From the human T2T-CHM13v2.0 reference genome, Homo sapiens: DNA of 64,000 nt. The stretch lies in the NCBI RefSeq assembly GCF_009914755.1, contig NC_060925.1, one strand, 5' to 3'. How positions within the stretch are numbered: position 1 is the first letter of the stretch; each line of letters begins with the position of its first letter. Below are positions 11,948-26,425 of the stretch, in pieces. The position numbers and the translations under genes were made by a program. The notes under the pieces were generated by a model. It made no database searches and was not told the DNA's origin. It was given only the letters and a program-made list of their open reading frames with translations.

Positions 11948-13896
11948 TCTATCTATCTTTTATTTTTCTTTTCTTCCCTTTAACTACTCCCCATCTTATT
12001 ATTAACGTAACTAGATCTAACTCACCTCAAGTTATTACTTCTGATGCCTGTTTAGTTATACCCTGTGGAGATTTGCATAACCAAAGACAGTTTACTACTT
12101 CGGAAAAATATCTCTGTCCCTCTTGGACTTCCTCAGATTGGGAAGACATATTGAGTTCCTGCAAGGATACTAGTAATCCAGAGAATACTAGTTGTATTAA
12201 TTGGTGGGAATCAGACTCTTGTCCCTCTAAAACAGAATCTCTATGTTCTGCTTGGTCTAATGTCCTATGGAACACTAAAGGTCTAAGATAGACTGCTTCC
12301 ACGGGTCTTTGTCAGTCCTTAAAACCATATATTCATTTCACCAAAAGAATTACTCCTTCTAGCTGTCAATATAACCAGTGTAATCCTATACAGCTTACTA
12401 TTACTATTGCAACATCTGAAAACTCTTCCCCTTCATTAAGTCATATTTATGGTATGGGAGCTGACATTTCAGGAAAGATAGTAAGGGAATTTTTGAAATA
12501 TGCTTTATTGCTTCTTCAACCTCTATCAATCACTCCTCCCAGACACAATGACAAAACCAAAATCTCCGTAGTAAAAGTAGAAAACCTAAGGCAAACCATA
12601 GCAATTGAGACAGGGTATCAGGATGTAAATGCCTGGCTAGAATGGATTAAATATTCCATCTGCACTTTAAATAAAAGCGATTGTTACGCTCCTACACATG
12701 GTAGGCCAGAGGCCCAGATTGTCCCCTTTCCACTCAGATGGCCCTCTAATCGACAAGACATGGACTGCATGGTAGCTGTTTTTCAAAATCCTACAGCCTG
12801 GGATAATGAACTGTGCCAAACTGTCTCTCTGCTATTTCCTGAAGTGCAGCATCCTGCGGGTCAGCCCCCGCAGGCCATCCAGCCTCCATCTTCCAAGAGC
12901 AACTTTACCTCATGTCTCCAACGACAAGGGGAAAATTTGGTGTTCCTTGGAGACTTAACAGGATGCAGTGAGGTCAGGCACTGCCAAGAGCTGACCCATC
13001 AGTCCGTCCTTATTCATCCCGGAGCAGATGTCTGGTGGTATTGTGGAGGACCTTTACTGGACACTCTGCCAAATAATTGGAGTGGTACTTGTGCTCTAGT
13101 TCAATTGGCTGTCCCTTTTACCCTGACATTTCATCAACCAGAAAAAGAAAAAACATGACATCGTAAAACAAGAGAAGCCCCTTACTGGTCTTTCAACCCC
13201 CACGTCTATTTAGATGCAATTAGCATTCCACAGGGTGTACCAGATGAATATAAAGCTAGGGATTCCAAATAGCTGCAGGGTTTGAATCTATCCTCCCATG
13301 GATAACAGTTAATAAAAACAAAGATTGGAAAAACTATATTTTTTACAATCAACAACGGTTTATTAATTACACTAAAGATGCTGTCAATGGAAGAGTGGAA
13401 CAGTTAGGGTCCACTAGCCAAATGGCCTGGGAAAACAGAATGGCTTTGGATATGATATTAGTTGAAAAAGGTGGTATTTGTGTTATGATTAAAATCCAAT
13501 GTTGTACCTTCATCCCAAACAACACTGCTCCCAATGGCAGCATAATGATGGCCCTACAAGGCCTTACTGCTTTACCTGAAGAACTAGCTAAAAATTCTGG
13601 AATTAATAACCCTGTTTTAAAATGGCTAGAAGGGTGGTTTGGCCAATGAAAAGAGACTGTAGCCTCAATTCTTACCTCTTTAGCAACTGTAATAAGTATA
13701 CTCCTTCTTTTTGGGTGTTGTGTTATACCATGCATCCGAGAGTTGGTGCAAAGGTTAATGAAAATGGCTCTTACTAAAACCTCCCTTAACTCTACTCCAC
13801 CTTATTCAGAGAAGCTTTTTTTTTTTTTTTTAAGAGACTCAGGCAGAACAACTAAGCCAAGACATATTAAGAAAGTTTGAAGAGGAAAAACTATAA
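11845..13896 (+). pseudogene. env: env of inner provirus
   Basis: ATG 11845 overlaps the pol end; hydrophobic signal LIYLSFIFLFFPL; furin-like RKTR near 13162; ISD WENRMALDMILVEKGGIC; CX6CC; stops at 12289, 13156 and 13647. Confidence 0.9.
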
Positions 13897-13913
13897 AATC
13901 AAGAGGGGGAAAT

Positions 13914-14534
13914 TGTGGAAAGTAAAAAGTTCCTCTTCAAAGTTTCCCTTCTTGTTAAATAATAAATAATAAATGTTAGAAATAATAGTTTCTTTTAAAG
14001 ACTGACTTCCTTCAAAGCCTTCTTGCTTTTTGCTGATAACTCTTTGTTAAGCCCTATCCTATGTGGATGTTAGATATAAGGGAATAAGTACATTCTATGT
14101 CCTTGTACTTTAACCAAGATATTTATTCTGGACATGCTCAGGCATGTCCCAGCTCACAGACTATGCCCCTTTCTTATTTGGAAATGTTATTACTTCTCTA
14201 AGTCCTTTGCAAGCAACTTCCTCTCTCTCTCTCTCTTTTTTTTTTTTTTGTTCTCCATTGCCTTTACCAATTTAGGAAAGTTTTAAGTTTTTAGCCAATC
14301 AGGTTTAGCTTAGACTGTGAGGTCCAGCTCCAACCAATGGAGATAGGACACAGCAGTAAGGACCCAATAAGGGATAAATATTCCTGCCTTTCTTTATTCA
14401 GTGTGCTTTCATGGCGAGATTGCTGATGAGTAGCATCCTTTCTGGAGAAAGTAAAATTGCCTTGCTGAGAATTTTTTTTTGTCTGAATGCTGGTTTTCCT
14501 TGCGGCACTGAGAAATAAGCATTTACTTCTAACA
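13914..14534 (+). mobile_element. 3' LTR of inner provirus
   Basis: Follows the PPT; direct repeat of 5178-5799. Confidence 0.95.
14130..14149. promoter_or_regulatory. Perfect p53 response element (two half-sites, no spacer)
   Basis: GGACATGCTC AGGCATGTCC matches RRRCWWGYYY twice at 20/20 positions; LTR10 subfamilies are known carriers of p53 sites. Confidence 0.8.
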
Positions 14535-15438
14535 GCAAACTTTACTTTTGTGGAAAATCTTGTAAATTTGGGATTTTAATTAAAGAAAGGCTTTTCTGGT
14601 GTCCAGGGACATGGACAACAGCTATTTCTTTTGACAACTTAAGGTTATTTAATACTTGGGTGATTAATTCCTTGTGGACCAGGTCTTCACCTTTGCTATT
14701 AATAAGACCTCGTTCAGTCCAGCTGTTTCCAAATGTATGAGTCACTCCAAAGGCATACTTAGAATCAGTATAGATGGTCCTTCCTGGTTCTGTAAGTGCT
14801 TTAAGGCTTGGCTGAGTGCAAACAGCTCACACATTGGAGCAGACCAATTATTAGGCAATTTTCCTAGCTCTATTTCTATGAGAGTTTCTCTGTTAATTAC
14901 CGAATACCCATTGTGTCTTTTTCCCTCAATTACCCAGGAGGAACCATCTATAAATAAGTGTCGTCCTGTCCTGAAGGGAGTTTCTCCTAGGTCTGGTCAG
15001 ACCTTTGTATGGTAATTAATTAAGATTTAGATCCCCTGTTAGGAAACCTGCTGGGTTAAGCAAATTATCAGTGGTGAATGTTAAATCATCTTTTTCTTAC
15101 AGAATAGCCTCATACTTTAAGATTCTTGAGTCAGTAAGCTACATTTTTGCTTTTTGACTTAGCATAGTTCTGACCTGGTGAGGTGTGCTCACAATGAGGT
15201 TTCCTCTAAAAGTTAGTTTTCTACTTTATTCTCTTAGCAAAGCAGTTGCTGCTACAGACTGAATGCATTTGGGCCATCCACAGTTTACTGGGTTAAGGAT
15301 TTTTCATAGGAAGGGTACAGGTTGTCAGTGGCCTCTGTGCTTTTGGGTATTTCTAAGGCTATGCCCTTGTTTACACTGACAAAAAGATGGAATGGCTGCT
15401 TAAGGAGGGTAAAGCTAGGATGGGGCAGTTACTAATAG

Positions 15439-15743
<305 letters not shown>

Positions 15744-16232
15744 ACTAATAGATGTTTTAACCTTTCCACCTGTTGGATTTCTGGTAATTGCCAAATGAGA
15801 GGGTTTGGCCCATCTTGCATGAGCTTTCTGTATAGGGTTTTGTTTTTAGGGCATAAGAATCTATCCATAGATGACAGTACCCAACTAATCCTAAAATGTT
15901 TTAAGTTCTTGTTTAGTCTCCAGCAGAGGGAAGGATATTATGCCTTCAATCCGTTCAAGCTCAATTTTCTGTTTATCTTTGCTAATTAAGTGACTTGTTC
16001 TAATATTTGACTAAATAAATTTGGAGACTCCGTAAACCCTTGGGGTAAGACTATCAGTATTGCTATTTTCAACCAGAGTAAGGGTCTTCTTATTCAAAGG
16101 CAAATAGGTCCCAGCTGTCTCTGCTAATGGACAAGCCCAGAAAGCATCTTTTAAATCTATTACTGTAAACCACTGGTGACTGTAATAGTATAAGGATTGG
16201 GAACAATAGGGTGGGTAGTTTGGATTATTTGA

Positions 16233-16570
<338 letters not shown>

Positions 16571-16964
16571 CCCATCTGGCTTCTTTACAGGCAATATTGG
16601 AGTGTTATAGGGAGACACACAGGGTTTAAGAAGCCCAACACCAAGACGACCTTCAATTATCAATTATAGGTCTTAAATTTACCCTAGTTTTCAAAGAAAT
16701 AGGGTACATTGCTTTCTCTTTACTACTTCCCCAGGTGTTTTTAATAGTTTTTTTTTTTAATTTAACATGAATTGGAGGAATCTGTAACTTTCCTTGCTTC
16801 CCATCTTTTGCTGTGGTGGTAAGTTTAGGGAAAGGAGGAATTTTCTATGATTGATTTCGAGGCCTAAGCCTAATTTTAGCATTAAATCTCTTCCTTATAG
16901 ATTTGTCCCTGCTTCCAGAATTAGCAGAAAGTTAATATTAGCTGATTTGCTTTTACATATGACT

Positions 16965-18158
16965 TTATTCTTTTTCCCACTTGGGACATTCTTTTTTGAA
17001 GTGACCTATTTTTAATTTGAAGCATTTGTTTTGTCCTCTTTCCCTTTTCCTCTCCCTATCTCTCTCTCTCTCTCTCTGAATTCCTCTGTCTCTTTCTCTC
17101 TCTCTCTGACTTCCTCTGTCTCTTTCCCTCTCTCTCTGACTTCCTCTGTCTCTTTCCCTCTCTCTCTCTCTGACTTCCTCTGTCCCCTCTGTCAGTCTTT
17201 CTCTCGCCTCTAAGATTTTTTTCTCTACCTTTGAGTCTCCTGGCTTTACTCTTTTGTACCCTTTATGTTGCCTGGAGAGTGGGGGTCTAGGTTCTTTATA
17301 GGTTCTTGCCCCCTGGGTACTTTGTTGTATGGTGGACAGCAGAATTTTTGCCCTCTGCTTTTGTTTTTCTTCATCTCTTCCTACATATACTTTTTGGGCT
17401 TCTCTTAGAAGCTCTTCTATAGGTTTATCTTTCTAGTTCCCTATCTTTTGTAATTTCTTGTTAATATCTGGCCAACTGTTAGTGACAAAATGAAGTTTTA
17501 ACATTCCCTGTCCAAGGGGATCCTCGAGACCTGGACCAGTATATTTTCTCATTTATTCCTTTAATCTGTCTAAAAATTCTATAGGCCCTTAATCTTTCCC
17601 TTGCTGTATATCAAATGTTTGGGTAAGATTCTGGGTTCGGGGTACTGATTCTTTAATCCCCTTTATTATCAATTCCTTAAGGTCTTGCATATTTTCTTGG
17701 TTGGCTGCATTGTTATTGTCCCACCAGGGGTCTTGGGTGGGAAATTTTTGATCTGCTGTAGGAACATTTTGGCCGGAAGCCGGGGGCGGGGTGTTCGTGG
17801 TTCCTAGGCTCCCATTGCAGCCCTATGGATCATGCCTCTTTCTTCCCCTGAGAAGAGGGGAAAGGGAAGTTCTGAATATCCTTTTTACATTGCTCTATCT
17901 CGTGTGAAGTCCTTTTAGGGAAGGGTACTCAGGCTGGTCGTGAGTGGGCTCTTGGGAACATTCCCAAGAGGCAGAATTATAAGGAGAGGGACAACAGGGA
18001 TAGGAGAAGGGTCTGGGACAGCAGCTGCTTTTTCTTGTTTTTGGTCCTTTCATTACCCTTCTAATATTTTATCATTAGGCTGAGCGGATTATTAGGGGGA
18101 ATATTATCATTGCTAGTGTATCCTTTTTATCCCTTACCTTACTTGGGGTATTTCCCAT
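16965..18158 (-). pseudogene. gag: Deleted gag of outer provirus
   Basis: ATG at 18158 (MGNTPSK...); capsid homologous to inner gag; knuckle remnant KCF...GHFKKECP near 17000; most of the matrix is missing. Confidence 0.8.
17031..17215. repeat. CT-rich short tandem repeat (ctctctgacttcctctgtctcttt) inside outer gag
   Basis: About four visible imperfect copies. Confidence 0.8.
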
Positions 18159-18581
18159 TTTTAGTGTGAGGCTCAATTCCCCTTGCTAGAAATGTCTTGC
18201 CTATTTTTAACCCTCAAGATACCCCAACCAGGGAATACTTCACCGCCCCACCTCCTCCGTGTCTTTTCTTACCTTGATATGTCCTGATCAAGGAATACCA
18301 CCACCCCCTGTGGCTTCTCTTACCTTGGTCTGTCCCAACCACCAAGGAAATACTTTGCTGGCTCCCAGGCGTTTCCTTCCTCGGTCTGTGCACAGAGTTG
18401 CCTGGTCACTGTGGTGTGTGAGGATCCTTTCCCCTGGGTCGCCGGCTGGTTTCTTTCGACATTGCTGAGTCCAGGTTTATTTGTCACACCAGGTGAGTCT
18501 CGATTCCTGACTCTTGAGGCCACCGCAACAAGGCAGTGGGGCGTGAGAGAGGAATAGAGGCCACCCCTAGAGGAGAATAGC

Positions 18582-18599
18582 TCCCCATATGGGCCACGA
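18582..18599 (-). promoter_or_regulatory. Primer binding site, tRNA-Ile
   Basis: Minus strand TCGTGGCCCATATGGGGA versus recalled TGGTGGCCCGTACGGGGA; two of the three mismatches are CpG decay. Confidence 0.8.
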
Positions 18600-18602
18600 G
18601 AT

Positions 18603-19191
18603 TGTTAGAAACAAATGCCTGTTCCTTGGTGCTGCAGAGAAATAGCACTTGAACATAAATTTAATTTTCTCAGCCAGGTAATTTTTACTTCTATAGAAGG
18701 GTGCGACTCGTGGTTGGAGTAATGGCGAAAGCACACCTGAACAAGGGGAGGGAAGCGGTTCGTATTCCTGGTGCAGGTAGCCCCTGCTGTTGTGTCATTC
18801 CCCTATTGGCTAGGATTGGACCGCACCGTGTAAGCTAATTCCGATGGGCTATTTTAAAGAGAGCAGGGGTACAAGCTGGAGTGACAGGGTGAGAAGTTTG
18901 GCGGGAGGGGTGGTTACAGAACAGTTGACTCAGGATGATTCAGGTCAGAGCAGGTGACAGGGGTGACTCAAGATGGAGCAGGTGACCAGGGGTGACTCAG
19001 GACAAAGCAGGTGACCAGGGGAACAGATGTGAACTACTGATTAGAACTGGCAGGAAACTTGTTTACTGAAACTAGAGGCAAGCAGGGCAATAGAACCAGG
19101 AAGTTAGACTTTAAAATGGAGAATAAAGAGAGCTGAACATACTGACATACTGATTCTTTGAAAAGAAACTTGGAGTTCACGATCTTTAACA
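18603..19191 (-). mobile_element. 5' LTR of outer provirus (LTR10 family)
   Basis: Repeat of 733-1330; AP-1 motifs at 18926, 18964 and 18993. Confidence 0.9.
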
Positions 19192-19657
19192 AGAATATCT
19201 AGTTCTTCCTGATTTAAGCCAGGAGGGTTGTATCTTTCCAGGAATTTATGCATCTCTGCTAGGTTTTCTAGTTTATGTGTGTAAAGGTGTTCATAGTAGC
19301 CTTGAATGAGTTTTTGTATTTCTGTGGTGTCGGTTGTAATACCTCCTGTTTTGTTTCTAATTGAGCTTATTTGGATTTTTCTCTTCTTTTCTTGGTTAAT
19401 CTTGCTAATGGTCTATCAATTTTATTTATATTTTCAAAGAACCAGTTTTTGTTTTATCTTTTGTATTTTGTTGTTGTTATTTAAATTTCATTTAGTTCTG
19501 CTCTGATCTTGGTTATTTCCTTTCTTCTGCTGGATTTGGATTTGGTTTGTTCTTGTTTCTCTAGTTCCTTGAGGTGTGACCCTAGATTGTCTGTTTGTGC
19601 TCTTTCAGGCTTTTTGATGTAGGCATTTAGGGCTATGAACTTTTCTCTTAGCACTGC

Positions 19658-22234
19658 TGTATTAGTTTGTTTTCATGCTGCTGATAAAGACACACCTGAA
19701 ACTGGGAATAAAGAGAGGTTTAATTGGACTTACACAGTTCCACATGGCTGGGGAGGCCTCAGAATCATGGGTGGTGGCAAAAAGCACTTCTTACATGGCG
19801 ACGGCAAGAGAAAAAATGAGGAAGAAGCAAAAACGGAAACCCCTGACAAACCCATCAGATCTCGTGAGACTTATTCACTTTCATGAGAACAGCACAGGAA
19901 AGACCGGCCCCTGTGATTTGATTACCTCCCCCAGGGTCCCTCCCAAAACATGTGAGAATTCTGGGAGATGCAATTCAAGTTTAGATTTGGGTAGAGTCAC
20001 AGCCAAACCATATCATTCTGCTTCTGGCCCCTCCAAATCTCATGTCCTCACATTTCAAAACCAATCATGCCTTCCCAACAGTCCCCCAAAGCCTTAGCTC
20101 ATTTCAGCATTAACCCAAAAGTCCATGGTACAAAGTCTCATCTGAGACAAGGCAAGTCCCTTCTGCCTATGAGCCTGTAAAATAAAAAACAAGCTAGTCG
20201 CTTCCTAGATACAATGTGGGTATAGGTATTGGGTAAATATAACTGTTCCAAATGGGAGAAATTGGCCAAAACAAAGGGGTTAAAGGGCCCATGCAAATCT
20301 GAAATCCAGTGGGCCAGTCAAATTTTAAAGCTCCAAAATGATCTCCTTTGACTTCAGGTCTCACATCCAGGTCAGAGTGATGCAAAAGATGGGTTCCCAT
20401 CGTCTTGGGCAGCTCCACCCCTGTGGCTTTGTAAGTTACAACCACCCTCCCAGCTGCTTTCATGGGCTAGCATTGAGTGTCTGCAGCTTTTCCAGGCACA
20501 TAGTGTAAGCTATTCATGGATGTACCATTTGGGGTCTGGAGGACAGTGGCCCTCTTCTCACAGCTCCACTAGGCAGTGTCCCAGTAGGAACTCTGTGTGG
20601 GGGCTCCAACCCCACATTTCCCTTTGGCACTGCCCTAGCAGATGTTCTCCATGAGGGCCCTGCCCCTGCTGCAAACTTGTGCCTGGGCATCCAGGCGTTT
20701 CCATACATCTTCTGAAATCTAGGCAGAGGTTCCCAAACCTCAATTCTTGACTTCTGTGTACCCACAGGCTCAACACCACATGGAAGCTGCCAAGACTTGG
20801 GGGGCTTCCACCCTCTGAAGCCGCAGCCCAAGCTCTACATTGGCCCCTTTCAGCCATGGCTGGAGTGGGTAGGACACAAGGCACCAAGTCCCCATGCTTC
20901 ACACAGTATGGGGACCCTGGGCCTGGCCCATGAAACCACTTTTTCTTCCTGGGCCTCTGGGCCTGTGATGGGAGGGGCCATCTCTGACATGGCCTGGAGA
21001 CATTTTCCCCATGGTCTTAGGGATTAACATTGTGCTTCTTGTTACTTATGCAAATTTCTGCAGCTGGCTTGAATTTCTCCCCGAAAATGGATTTTTCTTT
21101 TCTATTGCATAGTCAGGCTGCAAAATTTCCAAACTTCTATGCTCTGCTTCCCTTATAAAGCTGAATGCCTTTAACAGTACCCAAGTCACCTCTTGAATAC
21201 TTTACTGCTTGTAAGTTTCTTCTGTCAGATACCCTAAGTCATCTTTCTTAAGTTCAAAGTTCCAAAAATCTCTAAAGCAGGGGCAAAATACCACTGGACT
21301 TTTCACTAAAACTTAGTAACATCACATTTACTCCAGTTCCCAACAAGTTTTTCATCTGAGACAATCTCAGCCTGGATTTTATTGTCCATATCACTGTCAG
21401 TATTTTGGGCAAAGTCATTCAACAAGTCTCTAGGAAGTTCCAAACTTTCCCACATTTTCCCATCTTCTGAGCTCTCAAAACTGTTCCAATGTCTGCCTGT
21501 TACCCAGTTCCAAAGTTCCTTCCACATTTTCAGGTATATTTTCAACAATGCCCACTCTACTGGTACCAATTTACTGTATAAGTTCATTTTCATGCTGCTG
21601 ATAAAGACACACCTGAGCCAGGTGCGGTGGCTTATGCCTGTAATCCCAGCACTTTGGGAGGCCAAAGCAGGTGGATCACGAGGTCAGGAGTTTGAGACCA
21701 GCCTGGCCAACATGGTGAAACCCTGACTCTACTAAAAATACAAAAAATTAGCTAGGCGTTGTGGCATGCACCTGTAATCCCAGCTACTCAGGAGACTGAG
21801 GCAGGAGAATCGCTTGAATGCAGGAGGCAGAGGTTGCAGTGAGCCGAGATTGTGGTATTGCACTCCAGCCTGAGGGATGGAGCAAGACTCTGCCTCGAGG
21901 AAAAAAAAAAAAAAAAAAGGACACACCTGAAACCGGGAACAAAAAGAGGTTTAATTGGACTTACACAGTTCCACATGGCTGGGGAGGCCTTGGGAGGTGA
22001 AAGGCACTTCTTACATGGCAGTGGCAAGAGAAAAATGAGGAAGAAGCAAACGCAGGAGCCCCTGATAAACCCATCAGATCTTGTGAGACTTATTTGCTAT
22101 CATGAGAATAGCACGGGAAAGACTGGCCCCCATGATTCGATTACCTAACCCTGGGTCCCTCCCAAAACACGTGAGAATTCTGGGAGATAAAATTCAAGTT
22201 GAGATTTGGGTGGGGTCACAGCCAAACCATATCA
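19658..22234 (-). mobile_element. Full THE1A (MaLR): LTR 19658-20015, internal 20016-21574, LTR 21575-22234
   Basis: Two LTRs ending ccaaaccatatca, THE1 internal sequence, 5-bp TSD actgc/accgc. Confidence 0.9.
21617..21918 (+). mobile_element. Alu (S-type) inside a THE1A LTR
   Basis: Alu with poly(A); TSD core gacacacctga. Confidence 0.92.
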
Positions 22235-25200
22235 ACCGCCTTTGCTGTATCCCAGAGGTGTTGATAGGTTGTGTCACTGTTATTGTTCAGTTTGAAGAAT
22301 TTTTAAATTTCCATTTTGATATCATTGTTGACTCAACGATTATTCAGGAGCAGGTTATTTAATTTCCATGTATTCGCATGGTTTTGAAGGTTCCTTTTGG
22401 AGTTGGTTTCCAGTTTTATTCTACTGTGGTCTGAGAGAGCACTTGATATAATTTCAATTTTCTTAAATTTATTGAGACTTGTTTTGTGGCCTGTCATAGG
22501 GTCTATTTGGAGAAAGTTCCATGCACTGATGAATAGAATGTATATTCTGTGGTTGTTGGGTAGAATGTTCTGTAAATATTTGTTAAGTCCATTTGTTCCA
22601 GGATATAATTTAAATCCATTGTTTCTTTGTTGACTTTCTGTCTTGGTGACCTATCTAGTGCTGTCAGTGGAGTATTGAAGTCCCCTACTACTATTGTGTT
22701 GCTGTCAATCTGATTTCTTAGGTATAGTAGTAATTGTTTTATAAATTTGGAACCTCCAGTGTTAGGTGCATGTATATTTAGGATTGTAATATTTTCCTGT
22801 TGGACAAGACGTTTTATCATTACATAATGTCCCTCTTTGTCTTTTTAAATAGCTGTTGTCTTAAAGTTTGTTTTGTCTGATAAAAGAATAGCTACTCCTG
22901 CTCCCTTTTGGTGTCCATTTGCATGGAATGTCTTTTCCACCCCTTTAACTTAAGTTTATGTGAGTCCTTATGTGTTAGGGGAGTCTCTTGAAGGCAGCAG
23001 ATAGTTGGCTGGTGGATTCTTACCCATTCTGCAATTCTGTATCTTTTAAGTGGAGCATTTAGGACATTTACATTCAATGTTAGTATTGCGAGGTGAGGCA
23101 CTATTCCATTCATCATGCTATTTGTTGCCTGTACACTTTTTTTTAGTTGTATTTTTGTTTTATAGGTCCTGTGAGATTTATGCTGTAAAAGAGTTCTGTT
23201 TTGATGTGTTTCCAGGATTTGTTTCAAGAATTAGAGCTCCTTTTAGCAGTTCTTGTAGTGCTGGCTTGGTTGTGGTGAATTCTCTCAGCATTTGTTTGTC
23301 TGAAAAAGACTGTATATTTCCTTTATGTATGAAGCTTAGTTTTGCTAGATATGACCAATAATTATTTTGTTTAAGAGGCTGAATATAGGCCCCCAATCCC
23401 TTATTGGGATTGTAGGGTTTCTGCTGAGAAATCTGCTGTTAATTTGTTAGGTTTTCCTTTATAGGTTACCTGGTGCTTTTGCCTCACAGCCCTTAAGATT
23501 CTTTCCTTTGTCTTGACTTTAGATAACCTGATGATAATATGCCTAGGCGATGATCTTTTTGTGATTAATTTCCCATGTGTTCTTTGAGCTTCTTGTATAT
23601 GGATGTCTAGGTCTGTAGCAAGACCGGGGATTTTCCTCGATTATTCCCCCAAATATGTTTTTCAAACTTTTAGATTTCTCTTCTTCCTCAGGAATGCCAA
23701 TTATTCTTAGATTTGGTTGTTTAACACAACCCCAAACTCTCGGAGGCTTTGTTTATTTTTTCTTATTCTTTTTTCTTTGTCTTTCTTGGATTGGGTTAAT
23801 TTGAAAAACTTGTCTTTGAGCTCTTTCTTCTGCTTGTTTGATTCTATCCCTGAGACTTTCCAGAACATTTTGTATTCTCTAACTGCATTTATTATTTCCT
23901 GAAGTTTTGATTGTTTTTTATTTATGCTATCTATTTCACTGAAGATTTCTCCCCTTGTTTCTTGTATCATTTTTTTGATTTCCTTAAATTGGACTTCACC
24001 TTTCTCTGGTGCCTCCTTGGTTAGCTTAGTAACTGACCTTCTGAATTCTTTTTCAGGTAAATCAGGGATTTCTTCTTGGTTTGGATCCATTGCTGGTGAG
24101 CAAGTGTGATTTTTGGGGGGGTATTAAAGAGCTTTGCTTTGTCATGTTACCAGAGTTGTTTTTCTGGTTCCTTCTCATTTGAGTAGGCTATGTCAGAGGG
24201 AAGATCTGGGGCTCAAGGCTGCTGTTCAGATTCCTTTGTCCCACGGGGTGTTCCCTTAATGTAGTACTCCCCCTTTTCCTAGGGATGTGGCTTCCTGAGA
24301 GCTGAGATGTAGTGATTGTTATCTCTCTTTTGGATCTAGCCACCCAGCAGGTCTACCAGGCTCCAGGCTGATACTGGGGGTTGTCTGCACAGAGTCTTGT
24401 GATGTGAACCATCTGCAGTTCTGTCAGCTGTGGATACCAGCACCTGCTCCAGTGGAGGTGGCAGGGGGTGAAATGGACTCTGTGAGGTTTCTTAGTTTTG
24501 GTTGTTTAATGCACAATTGTTGTGCTGTTTGGCCTCCTGCCAGGAGGTGGTACTTTCAAGAGAGCACCAGATGTGGTAGTACAGGGAGGATCAGGTGGTG
24601 GGCAGGGCCCGAGAACTCCCAAGAGTATATGCCCTTTGTCTTTAACTGCCAGGGTGGGTATGGAAGGACCATCAGGTAGGGGCAGGGCTAGGCATGTCTG
24701 GGCTCAGACTCTCCTTGGATGGGTCTTGCTGTGACTGCTGCGGCAGATGGGAGAGTGGTTCCCAGGTCAATGGAGTTATGTTCCCAGGAGGATTGTGGCT
24801 GCCTCTGCTGTGTCTTGCAGGTTGTCAGGGAAGTGGGGGAAAGCCAGCAGTCACAGGCCTTACTCAGCTCCCACACAACCCAAAAGGCCAGTCTCACTCA
24901 CACCATGCTCCACCCCCAACGGCACTGAGTCTGTTTCCAGGCAGTGGGCAAGCAGCGCTGAGAATTTGCCCCAGGCTACCAGCTTCCCATCTGCGAAAGC
25001 AAACAGGGCTTTCGGGCCTCCCCGACCTGCGCAGTCTGCCCACCGGATTCATGTCCTCCCCCAAGTTCTGGCCAGGAGACTTTGCATTTGGTTGGAATTG
25101 CTACAAAGTCCAACTGAAGGTTTCCTTCTTCCTGTGGTCTTTTCCTAGTACCTCTGGCAGCCCTCCCCAAGGACCCCGTGAGATAATGCAGAAATGGCTT

Positions 25201-25967
25201 CTCAGGAGACCCAGAGAGCCCACAGGGCTTTTCCACTGCTTCCTTTACCCCTGTATTTTGCTGGGCTTTCCAAGTTGACTTAGCCCCGGGTAAGGTCAGA
25301 ATCTTCTCCCGTGATCTAGACCTTCAGGTTCCCCAGTGAGGGTGTGTGTTCAGGCCAGATGATCCCTCATTCCCACTTCCACAGCTTGTGCACTCACAGT
25401 ATTTGAAGTGTCTCCTGGGTCCTGTGGGAGCAATCTGCTTCCTTCAGAGGGTCTGTGGGTTATCTCAGCTTTTCTGGTTTATTCCTGCAGTAGTTCTGGA
25501 GCAAAAGTTCATGATGTGGGTCTCCACACACTGTTCTGTCTGTCCAAGTGGGAGCTGCAATCTGGTCCTGCCTGCCGTCTGCCATGATGTTCTTGAAAAC
25601 CAACAAGTGCTTCTTAAATGCTGACGTATCATTTTCCCATGTCTGAGGTATGGAAGCAAGCAAAACAGACCAAAATTTCTGTTTCCATTGATTTCATTTT
25701 CTAGTAGAGATGCACAGATAATTTTTAAATGTAGACTATATAGTGTATTAAAAGGTGAAAAACACTATGAAATATAAAAACAGAATAAAATAATAAATAA
25801 TAAAATAAAAATAATAAAAATAAAACAACCTGGGGGATGGAACGAGCCAGTGGTTCTTCATCTTTTCAGTGCCATAGGCCTCTGGCCACCTGGGGAAGCC
25901 AAAGGATCCCTTCTCAGAGTGTTTTTATTTTTGAATTAAATTAAATAAAAATTTATTATTATTACTA

Positions 25968-26085
25968 TTAGAGATAGGTTCTCACTATATTGCCTAGGCT
26001 GGTCTTGAACCTCTGGCCTCAAGTGATCCTCCCATCTTGGCCTCTTAAAGTACTGGGATGACAGGCATAAGCCACCACACCAGGC
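25968..26085 (-). mobile_element. Alu monomer (FLAM-like)
   Basis: Single left-arm sequence with AT-rich tail. Confidence 0.75.
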
Positions 26086-26135
26086 CTCAGAATGTGTTTA
26101 AATGCACAAAGTAAAATGTATAAAATCACAGAGGA

Positions 26136-26425
26136 GGCTGGGTATGGTGGCTCATGCCTGTAATCCCAGCACTTTGGGAGGCCGAGGTGGGTGAATCACT
26201 TGAGGCCAGGAGTTCAAGACCAGCCTGGCCAACATGGCAAAACCTTGTCTCTACCCAAAATACAAAAATCAGCCGAGCATGGTGGCACACACCTGTAGTC
26301 CCAGCTACTCGGGGGGCTGAGGCAGCAGAATCACTTGAACTCAGGAGGTGGAGGTTGCAGTGACAGAGATTGCGCCACTGCCCTCCAACCTGGGTGACAG
26401 AGAGAGACTCTGTCTCAGAAAAAAA
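26136..26425 (+). mobile_element. Alu (S-type)
   Basis: Full Alu; TSD aaaatcacagagga. Confidence 0.92.

Larger units (their letters stand above)
19192..25590 (-). mobile_element. Proximal part of the same L1 (L1PB-like): 5' UTR, ORF1 and ORF2 endonuclease; interrupted by THE1A
   Basis: ORF1 remnants MDPNQEEIPDLPEKEFRR and SFSDKQMLREFTTTKPALQELLK; ORF2 start MMNGIVPHLAILTLNVN near 23116; NIHAPN and GDFNTPL endonuclease motifs; L1PBa-like 5' UTR. Confidence 0.88.

Noticed and set aside
11845-13896. Domesticated syncytin-like env
   Set aside because: In-frame stops at 12289, 13156 and 13647 plus frameshifts; the longest open piece is 234 aa.
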